A stretch of DNA of 64,000 bases from Candidatus Paralactobacillus gallistercoris. Lineage in GTDB: Bacteria > Bacillota > Bacilli > Lactobacillales > Lactobacillaceae. Positions 55,001-62,378 of this stretch are shown here, one piece after another. Where the stretch lies: assembly GCA_018883675.1 (NCBI GenBank), contig JAHLFS010000063.1, forward strand, positions 8,104 through 72,103, given 5' to 3'. The notes beneath the pieces are model-generated. The model ran no database searches, was not told the origin of the DNA, and was given only the letters and a program-made list of their open reading frames with translations. The translations under genes were made by a program, and so were the position numbers. Positions within the stretch are counted from its first letter, which is position 1; every line of letters begins with the position of its first letter.

Positions 55001-55421
55001 AAAGAATATTGCCCCATCCCATTTGGATTTTAAAATGCATAATTGTATTCGTTTGGCGGTCAACGAAAGATAACGTGGTTGGTGTAACTGCATGCCGTTT
55101 TCTAATAAAAATATCGCAACAACGTGCCATTTTTAAATGAGCGGGCACCTTGATACTTTTCGTAACTAAATGGCCATTTTGAATAACAATAAAATCCAAA
55201 CTTTGATAATGAGCTCCTGTTTTTAAATGTCCGTTGCAATTATTAACATAACAAGTTTGTCGTAATGATTCCCAATTACTAATTAATTCACGTTTAAATA
55301 ATGTCGTGGTAATTTTCTTTTCACAATGATGCCAAGTAAGCGTAGGTATTAAAACTAAGGTAATCGTTAAGCTTAATGCTATAATGGCTTCTAATAATGT
55401 AAAGGCACGCATTTTCATCAA
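54987..55421 (-). CDS. comGD: ComGD minor pseudopilin
   Basis: Prepilin N-terminus MRAFTLLEAIIAL. Its start overlaps the comGC stop (ATGA). Confidence 0.72.
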   Translation of the reverse strand: MMKMRAFTLLEAIIALSLTITLVLIPTLTWHHCEKKITTTLFKRELISNWESLRQTCYVNNCNGHLKTGAHYQSLDFIVIQNGHLVTKSIKVPAHLKMARCCDIFIRKRHAVTPTTLSFVDRQTNTIMHFKIQMGWGNILYEEV

Positions 55422-55732
55422 CTGTTAACTTCACCAGCTTTTAACTTTAAACCACGACGTTGGGCTTGTTTACACTGCCGAGCAGTGATAATTTTGGCCT
55501 TTTCCAATTCATCGAAAGAAGTAAACTTATCAGCAGCATGCGTACCTTCTTCATCTTCATATAATTCAATTTGTGTTTGAATAGTTGAAGCTAATGCTGC
55601 ATCAGTTTTAGCTTCAGCAGTATGTTTTTGCTGTGTTAAATTAGGTAAAATCAATAAGATTAATAATGAAATGATAAAAATAACAACTACCATTTCTAAT
55701 AAAGTAAACCCTTGTAATTTACGTAAACGCAT
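55418..55732 (-). CDS. comGC: ComGC major competence pseudopilin
   Basis: Class III signal MRLRKLQG/FTLLEMVVV. The ATG at 55732 overlaps the comGB stop (TGATG). The track ORF is artificially extended by 33 codons upstream. Confidence 0.9.
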   Translation of the reverse strand: MRLRKLQGFTLLEMVVVIFIISLLILLILPNLTQQKHTAEAKTDAALASTIQTQIELYEDEEGTHAADKFTSFDELEKAKIITARQCKQAQRRGLKLKAGEVNS

Positions 55733-56754
55733 CAAAACCCCTCCATCATTTGATAAACTGGCAATAAAACACTCATATAAACCGCAATAATCATCATTGC
55801 AATTAAAAGAAATAAAAGTGGTTGTAACCAAATAATTGTTCTATTCAATGCTTGTTGTAATTTTTTAAATTGCACGTCAGCTAAAAAATGCAACGCAATC
55901 CCCAATTCTTGATAAGAACATCCTTGATTAATAAACAATAATAATTCCAAAGGTAACAACGCTGTTTGCTTAATAAACGCATTAACATTGTCACCATGAT
56001 CAAGACACTGCTTACCGGCCAAAATCATTTCACTTAATACCGAATGATATCGTTGTTGCGATAATACCGAACAAATTTGGGCAAATGTTAACCCGTTTTG
56101 AACTAAAATAGCTAAATCAAAAACAAGCATGTAATGATAATAATTACGCCACAATTTACCAATTAATGGTAAATGACACAACGTTTGCGCACGTTGCAAG
56201 GCACTACGATGTCGTAAATAATGCCAATAACTAATACTAGTTATTACGGTAATAATTAACGTAATACTTAATCCAATGAATAAAATATCAACCGGCATAA
56301 TACCTTGCTGCGTTACATCTTGTAATTCAGTAATTACTGAACAACGTAAGCCAATAATTAATAAAAATAAAAACAAAAGCAATATAACTGGATAAAGTAA
56401 TAATTGTTGCAAGCGTTGGCGATAATGCAATCGCATTTGTAAAAAATTAGCAATTTGGGCTAAGCAAGTAACTAAATCGCCATGATTAGCTGCAATCGTT
56501 ACTTGTTCAATTAATAACGAATCAATATGACCCGCACGTAATGATTCAGCAAAAGAAATGCCTTGTTGTAATTGCTGATAAATTGGCAAAGCTAAGCTGC
56601 GCATTTGCGGAGTTAGTTCAGTCATACATCGTAAGCTTTGTTGTAATGAAAAACCATTTTTAAGTAAATTACTTAATTGTTCAAAAAAATATGCTTGTTG
56701 GACAACTGCTTGATGCCGTTTGATAAGTTTCTTCAGTAATTTGACCATCTTCAT
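55732..56754 (-). CDS. comGB: ComGB (GspF-like platform protein)
   Basis: 340-aa polytopic protein with the two-repeat GspF architecture. It overlaps the comGA 3' end. Confidence 0.88.
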   Translation of the reverse strand: MKMVKLLKKLIKRHQAVVQQAYFFEQLSNLLKNGFSLQQSLRCMTELTPQMRSLALPIYQQLQQGISFAESLRAGHIDSLLIEQVTIAANHGDLVTCLAQIANFLQMRLHYRQRLQQLLLYPVILLLFLFLLIIGLRCSVITELQDVTQQGIMPVDILFIGLSITLIITVITSISYWHYLRHRSALQRAQTLCHLPLIGKLWRNYYHYMLVFDLAILVQNGLTFAQICSVLSQQRYHSVLSEMILAGKQCLDHGDNVNAFIKQTALLPLELLLFINQGCSYQELGIALHFLADVQFKKLQQALNRTIIWLQPLLFLLIAMMIIAVYMSVLLPVYQMMEGF

Positions 56755-57670
56755 ATGCTTGTCGTAACAGCGCCAGCCAATTATTAGCGTAATTTTGTGA
56801 TTGTTTTAAAATTAACGGATTTTCAATAATATCAAATAAAACCCCACATTCATCAGTCAATGTAGGCAATAATTGTTGATAACTAATAACACGCAAGCAA
56901 TTTTGCAAAGTTAATGGCTCAACATTAAAGTCTAATAATCGTTGTACCACACCCCAAGCACAACGGGCATGAACTGTTGTTAATACTGTGCCACCAGTTA
57001 AAGCGGCACGAAGTGCTGCATGAGCTGTTTGTTCATCCCTAATTTCACCAATAATTAATACATCAGGATGATGCCGTAAACTAACTTTTAGCAATTCGTT
57101 GTATGTCATTTTAGCTGGATCATTAACTTGTAATTGGATAAAATCATTGTTAATAATTTCTACGGGATCTTCAATCGTTAACACTGTTTTATTAACTAAT
57201 AATTGTTGGGCTAAATAATACAATGTTGTTGTTTTACCAGCACCGATGGGCCCAGAAAGAACGCACATGCCACCTTGAGTAATCGCTTGCCTTAATTGTT
57301 GTAGTTGTTTAGGACATAATGTCCGTAACTTTGCCGGTAATGGATAAATAAACCGTACGACTAGTGATTCACGATTATATGCATCACCAACAGCTGATAA
57401 GCGTAAGTAAATTTTCATATCATGATTTTGAAATACTAACGAGCCTAATTGTGGTCGACGCTTCTCGCTTAAATTCATTTGTCCGCGATACTTTAAATAA
57501 TTGAGCCACGCTTGCCCTGTTGCCAATGATAAATTAGGTAAATGCACTAATTTAGTAATATTTTTAGTAAACAATTGGAAATAAGCATCGCGTTTAACTA
57601 TAAATAAATCATGCACTCGTTGTTCAATACATTGGCATAATAATTGTTGAACCGCTTGTTCGACGCTCAT
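56681..57670 (-). CDS. comGA: ComGA (type II/IV secretion family ATPase)
   Basis: Walker A GPIGAGKTTT, Walker B-like VLIIGEIRD, and a His box. A GGAGGTG SD lies upstream. Confidence 0.95.
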   Translation of the reverse strand: MSVEQAVQQLLCQCIEQRVHDLFIVKRDAYFQLFTKNITKLVHLPNLSLATGQAWLNYLKYRGQMNLSEKRRPQLGSLVFQNHDMKIYLRLSAVGDAYNRESLVVRFIYPLPAKLRTLCPKQLQQLRQAITQGGMCVLSGPIGAGKTTTLYYLAQQLLVNKTVLTIEDPVEIINNDFIQLQVNDPAKMTYNELLKVSLRHHPDVLIIGEIRDEQTAHAALRAALTGGTVLTTVHARCAWGVVQRLLDFNVEPLTLQNCLRVISYQQLLPTLTDECGVLFDIIENPLILKQSQNYANNWLALLRQAYEDGQITEETYQTASSSCPTSIFF

Positions 57671-57736
57671 ATGTTCACCTCCTTAAAACGTTATAATATA
57701 AGTTACGTTTTTAGCAGCTAAATCTTTCTGATATAT

Positions 57737-57766
57737 AAAAAAATCGCGATAAAAATCGCGATTTTG
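57737..57766 (-). terminator. Intrinsic terminator after the APC permease, just upstream of the comGA promoter region
   Basis: Hairpin AAAATCGCGAT-aaaa-ATCGCGATTTT, followed by a T-run on the minus strand. Confidence 0.85.
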
Positions 57767-57809
57767 CTTTTTTAATTTCATGACAATGTTAATTATCAAA
57801 TGATGAAGA

Positions 57810-59303
57810 TTAGGCTTTTTGTAAGTGATGTTGTGAATAATTATAAAAAATCCACGCAACACTACCAAAGAAAATTGGACCAATAATTGTCCAAAAAGCA
57901 GTACTATAATCATGCGTCATAATTGGATCTAAAATAGTGAAAATAATGCCGATTAACACTGTTAGCCATGAAACAGCAGTAACTGCCCAAACCACTTTTT
58001 TACTATGATATGCTACAAATGGTCGTGCAAGATTTTTTTTAGCTTTAAAGAATGGGAACGCTGCAATTAAGAATAAGTATGGTAACGAATTAGAAACATT
58101 ACCCATATCAGTTAATACTGTATAAAATGCTTTCATATTTTTGCCACCAAAAGCAACACCAAATAAAACAATATCAACAATAATAGCTTGAATCCACATT
58201 GCATAAGCGGGTACACCATGTTTATTTAATTTAGTTAATTTAGCTGGCCAAAACTTTTTCGGTGTCCCAAGAATAAATGACTTAAGTGGTGAATAAATCA
58301 TAACAAATAAAGCACCAGTATCAGATAAAAATTCTTCGACACCAATTAACCGACCAAACCAATTTCCCAGCGAAATGGCTGCCGTATTAGATAAGTGCAA
58401 GCCAATGCCAATTGAATAACCAAGATTATTCATTAAGACAAACAAAACATTACCTAAGTTTGTCGTGCTTTTACCTAATAAGTGCTTCCAATTAGCACTG
58501 ATTCCCCAAAGGAAAATACCAACTGAATAAATAACTAAAATAAACAAAGTTGCGATAATTAACGCTTTAGGAAAAGTATGTTCTGCGTCCTTAACATTAT
58601 CAATTACCCCGCTCATTGTTTCCATACCAGCATAAGCAAAAATGGCATATGAAACAAACGAAAGTAATGCTACTGGTGATTGAAATTGCGGATTAGGTGA
58701 ATGAATTAAACTACTTGCAGTAAATGGCTGGGCAAGATGACCGTGGTGAATAATAATTAAAAACAAACTAGCAAGCATAAATACAGCAGTTAAGAATAAA
58801 GTGAATACCCCGCTAAAATTAGTAAACTTCGCAAACTGATCAACACCACGACTTGAAAAATACGTAATCACTAAAATAGCTACAATCGCAATTAAACCAA
58901 TCGTTTGCGTTGACGATAAACCAAATAAATGCCAAGTTTGGGTAGTATCATGGCCAGCAAATGCCGTAGCAAACGGAATCCACATGCGCGAAGCTTCAGA
59001 AACTAACCAAATAATCCAGCCTGATAACCAAATAAACGTACCAATAAAAGCCGGTTTTTCACCAATTGAACCTTCCAACCATGAATAAATACCACCTTTA
59101 GCTGATTTAAAAGTGGAACCATATTCGGCAAACATTAAACCAGTGGGTAAGAAAAATAGTAATGCCCCCAAAATATACCAAATGATGGCGGCATAGCCCA
59201 TTTGATCATACGCAATGGTTGTATTTGCCAAACCAAATAATGATGTGAAAATCATTAAAATTAAACTCAGCGTACCAATTTTTTTACCATCTTCTTGTGC
59301 CAA
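57810..59303 (-). CDS. APC-superfamily amino acid transporter (glutamate:GABA antiporter / YjeM-like family)
   Basis: 497 aa with ~12-13 TM helices. The TTG start lies 8 nt after a GGAGGTG SD. The family call rests on overall sequence character, and the substrate is unknown. Confidence 0.88.
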   Translation of the reverse strand: MAQEDGKKIGTLSLILMIFTSLFGLANTTIAYDQMGYAAIIWYILGALLFFLPTGLMFAEYGSTFKSAKGGIYSWLEGSIGEKPAFIGTFIWLSGWIIWLVSEASRMWIPFATAFAGHDTTQTWHLFGLSSTQTIGLIAIVAILVITYFSSRGVDQFAKFTNFSGVFTLFLTAVFMLASLFLIIIHHGHLAQPFTASSLIHSPNPQFQSPVALLSFVSYAIFAYAGMETMSGVIDNVKDAEHTFPKALIIATLFILVIYSVGIFLWGISANWKHLLGKSTTNLGNVLFVLMNNLGYSIGIGLHLSNTAAISLGNWFGRLIGVEEFLSDTGALFVMIYSPLKSFILGTPKKFWPAKLTKLNKHGVPAYAMWIQAIIVDIVLFGVAFGGKNMKAFYTVLTDMGNVSNSLPYLFLIAAFPFFKAKKNLARPFVAYHSKKVVWAVTAVSWLTVLIGIIFTILDPIMTHDYSTAFWTIIGPIFFGSVAWIFYNYSQHHLQKA

Positions 59304-59492
59304 TTAAGCACACCTCCAAATTGCCTTACTTGAATAGTAAAAACAAAAAGAGTCAAAAAAAACACTAACGTTATTATTAAGCAACGTTAATATCTTTTTG
59401 ACTCTCACCTTCATTCATTTACTCATCGTAAATAGCGCCGCGTAGTCATTATTAACTATAGTACTATCTTATGAACAAGCATTTTACTATTT
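59304..59492 (-). promoter_or_regulatory. ~190-nt 5' leader of the permease with a compound intrinsic terminator (candidate riboswitch or attenuator, class unknown)
   Basis: Runs from the predicted TSS (~59492) to the TTG start. Terminator at 59341-59407: outer stem AGAGTCAAAAA/TTTTTGACTCT, inner stem TAACGTT/AACGTTA, then TTTTTGTTTTT. Confidence 0.5.
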
Positions 59493-59498
59493 AGTGTA

Positions 59499-59527
59499 AA
59501 TATACGTTATTTTGCATAATTTGTCAA
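59499..59527 (-). promoter_or_regulatory. Promoter of the permease leader
   Basis: On the minus strand: consensus -35 TTGACA (59527-59522), a 17-nt spacer, and -10 TATATT (59504-59499). Confidence 0.65.
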
Positions 59528-59633
59528 TGTAATGCACATCTATACATATTTGCTTATCATTATAAGTCAAGTTACCGTCTAAAATAAAAGCACATTATTT
59601 TTAAACAACAAGTTTTGTATAAACATACACTAT

Positions 59634-59666
59634 TAAAAAAGACCAATGCTTAAAACATTGGTCTTT
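59634..59666 (-). terminator. Intrinsic terminator after yebC
   Basis: Hairpin AAGACCAATG-cttaaaa-CATTGGTCTT, followed by T6 on the minus strand. Confidence 0.85.
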
Positions 59667-59681
59667 TTAATTTATTTTTTA

Positions 59682-60416
59682 TTAATCTTCATCTGGAAAT
59701 TTACCAGCATAGTATACATCAGAAACATCTTCATTATCATCTAATGCATCTAACATGTTAGCAAATTGTTCAGCCTTATCTTCTGGAATTGGTGTTAACG
59801 TTTGCGGAATCATCGTTAATTCAGCCGTGGCTAAAGTATAACCTTTATCTTGTAAAGCATCACGAACCAGCGCTAATTCTTTGGGATTAGTATAAATTTC
59901 AAATGCTTCATCAGATGTTTGTAAGTCTTCGCCACCAGCATCCATAACGTCTTCTAACATTTGATCTTCATCAGTGTCTAAGTTTTCACGTTCAATAACA
60001 ATGTGACCCTTACGATCAAATAAGTAACCAACTGAACCAGCTGACCCCATTGAACCGCCATTCCGAGTTACCGCAACACGAACAGTTGAGTTAGTACGAT
60101 TCTTATTATCAGTTAGTGCATGAATTAAAACCGCAACACCACCTGGTCCGTAACCTTCATATGTTACTTCATCGTAGTGAGTATCATCGCTACCTTGTGA
60201 TTTGTTAATAGCACGCTTGATATTATCCTTTGGCATATTAGCAGCACGTGCTTTATCAACAACTAAACGTAAGCTAGGGTTGTTATCTGGGTCAGGACCA
60301 CCACTCTTAGCAGCCATATATAGCTCACGAGATAATTTTTGGAAAATTTTGCCACGTTTGGCATCTTGGGCGTTTTTACGTCCTTGGATATTATGCCATT
60401 TTGAATGTCCTGACAT
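59682..60416 (-). CDS. yebC: YebC/PmpR family DNA-binding transcriptional regulator
   Basis: N-terminus [15 protein letters not shown] (ATG at 60416) behind the GGAAAGAGGGAG SD. The track ORF is 24 codons longer. Confidence 0.95.
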   Translation of the reverse strand: MSGHSKWHNIQGRKNAQDAKRGKIFQKLSRELYMAAKSGGPDPDNNPSLRLVVDKARAANMPKDNIKRAINKSQGSDDTHYDEVTYEGYGPGGVAVLIHALTDNKNRTNSTVRVAVTRNGGSMGSAGSVGYLFDRKGHIVIERENLDTDEDQMLEDVMDAGGEDLQTSDEAFEIYTNPKELALVRDALQDKGYTLATAELTMIPQTLTPIPEDKAEQFANMLDALDDNEDVSDVYYAGKFPDED

Positions 60417-60503
60417 CTTGCTCCCTCTTTCCTTACTATTAATTATAAAAGCTCTTAAATTATAACATAATTCAAAAATTAAATTCAATTTAGTATAAAA
60501 TGT

Positions 60504-62309
60504 TTACTTCACAAATTCATCACTTAAATGCATAAATTCATGAACATCATTAATAGCAATTTGCATCGCTGCTTGCCAGAAATCAGGTTTAGTTAAATCA
60601 ACTCCTAAATGTTTTTTAGCCAATTCTTCTGTACTCATATTAGCTGTATCACGTAATAAGGCAATATAATGCTCTTCAAAATCAGGATCAACTTGCGCAC
60701 GTGCATAAATACCTGCTGAGAATAAATATCCAAAAGTATAAGGAAAATTATAAAACGGAACATCGCTAAAGAAAAAGTGTTGTTTATCAGCCCAATAGTA
60801 GGGATCGTAGGTACGTAACTGATGCTGATATGCTTCTTTTTGCGCAGTAACCATCATTTGACAAATTTCTTCTACGGGAACAATGCCTTGTTGACGCCGT
60901 GTATAGAATGCTTTTTCAAATAAATAACGGGCATGAATATCCAAAAACATTGCTAATGGATTGCTCATTTTTTGATCAAGTAAATTTAATTTTGCCGCCG
61001 AAGTTTGGGCGGCTTTAACAGTCGCATCAGCAACAACCATTTCCGCAAATGTTGATGCTGTTTCGGCAACATTCATTGCATAATTGCGACGCCATTCCGG
61101 TAAATCACGCATAACCATGCAATGAAAGCCGTGACCAAGTTCATGTGCAATAGTTGCTACTTCACTTGGTGTACCATCAAATGTCATAAAAATACGAAAT
61201 TCACCTAATTCCGGAATTTCAGTCATATAACCACCCGGACGTTTATTGGGACGATCTTCAGCTTCAATCCAACGATGCGCAAAGGCATATTGCGCTACTG
61301 CCGCCATTTTAGGTGAAATCTTTTTAAAGTTAGTGATAATAAAATCAGCTGCTTCATCAAATGAATATGTTTTTGACGTGAATGTATCGACATTAACTGG
61401 CGCCCATTGATCTTGCCAGCCCATTTGCTTTAACCCAAGTAATTGTGCTTTGCGAGCTAAGTAATCGAGAAATGGTTGTTTATTAGCAGCTACAACTTGC
61501 CACATTGTTTCTAATGTTTGTTTTTGCATGCGGTTTTCCGCAAGTGGTTTAGTTAAAAAATCTTTAATACCGTGTACTCGATAATCTGTTAAGCGAAAAC
61601 CATCAAGATGATTCAATGTATCAGCGAACAAAGTGTCAAATTTTTGCCAACCTTTTTCCCATGAAGCAAACATTTCATTACGAACTTGTGCCGTTGACGC
61701 AGATTCAAATTTATTTTGCGCCTGTCCAGCCGAATAATGATGTACTTGACCATTTTCGGTAAGTGGAAAATCAGTTTTAGCAACTAATGAATCATAATGA
61801 TCATGCCAAGCTTGCAAGCCATCTAATGATAAATCATTAATTAAAGCTTCCGTACGATCATCAAGTAACTCCTGACCTTGTTGACGCATTTCTTGCAAAT
61901 TAAACTTAATTATTTCAAAACGATGATTGTTAATAATTTGTTGAAACTGTTCAGTCGATAATGATACTAATAATTTTTTAAAACTAGTCATCGCTACTTC
62001 AGCATCATTATCAATCTGATATAAATAATTAGCCTTTGCACTAGTTTGTGTATTATCAGCTTCCACAGAGCTAATCATGTCAACAAATGTTTCGGTTTGA
62101 TGCAAACCTGTAGTAATTTTTTGTAGCAATTCAGTAATTCGGGATAAATTATCAAAATTAGGTTGATCCGTGTTGAAACACCACGTGGTAATCATATTTT
62201 TAACATCTTTTATTTGAATAATTAGTTGTTGTATCCGTTCATTAAGCTGCGGTGAATCAATGCCACCGGGATAAATGCTATCCAAATCCCATGTATCTTG
62301 ATAAGTCAT
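60504..62309 (-). CDS. pepF: Oligoendopeptidase F (M3B family)
   Basis: Zinc motif HELGH (IAHELGHGFH). The start MTYQDTWDL (ATG at 62309) lies 6 nt after the GTGAGGTG SD. Confidence 0.95.
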   Translation of the reverse strand: MTYQDTWDLDSIYPGGIDSPQLNERIQQLIIQIKDVKNMITTWCFNTDQPNFDNLSRITELLQKITTGLHQTETFVDMISSVEADNTQTSAKANYLYQIDNDAEVAMTSFKKLLVSLSTEQFQQIINNHRFEIIKFNLQEMRQQGQELLDDRTEALINDLSLDGLQAWHDHYDSLVAKTDFPLTENGQVHHYSAGQAQNKFESASTAQVRNEMFASWEKGWQKFDTLFADTLNHLDGFRLTDYRVHGIKDFLTKPLAENRMQKQTLETMWQVVAANKQPFLDYLARKAQLLGLKQMGWQDQWAPVNVDTFTSKTYSFDEAADFIITNFKKISPKMAAVAQYAFAHRWIEAEDRPNKRPGGYMTEIPELGEFRIFMTFDGTPSEVATIAHELGHGFHCMVMRDLPEWRRNYAMNVAETASTFAEMVVADATVKAAQTSAAKLNLLDQKMSNPLAMFLDIHARYLFEKAFYTRRQQGIVPVEEICQMMVTAQKEAYQHQLRTYDPYYWADKQHFFFSDVPFYNFPYTFGYLFSAGIYARAQVDPDFEEHYIALLRDTANMSTEELAKKHLGVDLTKPDFWQAAMQIAINDVHEFMHLSDEFVK

Positions 62310-62312
62310 AAA

Positions 62313-62357
62313 AAACACCTCACTGCAGTCATTATATAACGACTTAGTAAGGTGTTT
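62313..62357 (-). terminator. Intrinsic terminator after glmS whose 3' arm contains the pepF Shine-Dalgarno sequence
   Basis: On the minus strand, AAACACCTTAC (62357-62347) pairs with GTGAGGTGTTT (62323-62313) through 11 bp with one G:U pair. TTT and the pepF ATG follow directly. Confidence 0.6.
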
Positions 62358-62378
62358 AAAAATTAATTGTAATAATTA

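Noticed and set aside
57683-57913. 76-aa minus-strand ORF spanning the permease 3' end, its terminator and the comGA promoter region.
   Set aside because: It overlaps the well-supported permease CDS out of frame and runs through an intrinsic terminator. The composition is AT-rich junk (IIVLLFGQLL..., KKPNLHHLIINIV), and there is no SD.
59304-59384. 27-codon TTG-initiated upstream ORF in the permease leader that ends (TAA) exactly at the permease TTG start, suggesting translational coupling.
   Set aside because: The TTG lies inside the terminator stem about 17 nt from the nearest purine-rich stretch, and the product is a U-tract translation (VFFDSFCFYY). The permease has its own strong GGAGGTG SD. 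This is probably coincidence.
59304-59492. T-box or L-box (lysine) riboswitch as an explanation for the permease leader.
   Set aside because: I could not find the conserved T-box 14-mer (GGGTGGTACCGCG-like), a specifier-loop or AG-bay arrangement, or the L-box GAGGCGC/CTGTCA signatures by eye. The leader is left as unclassified pending a covariance-model scan.
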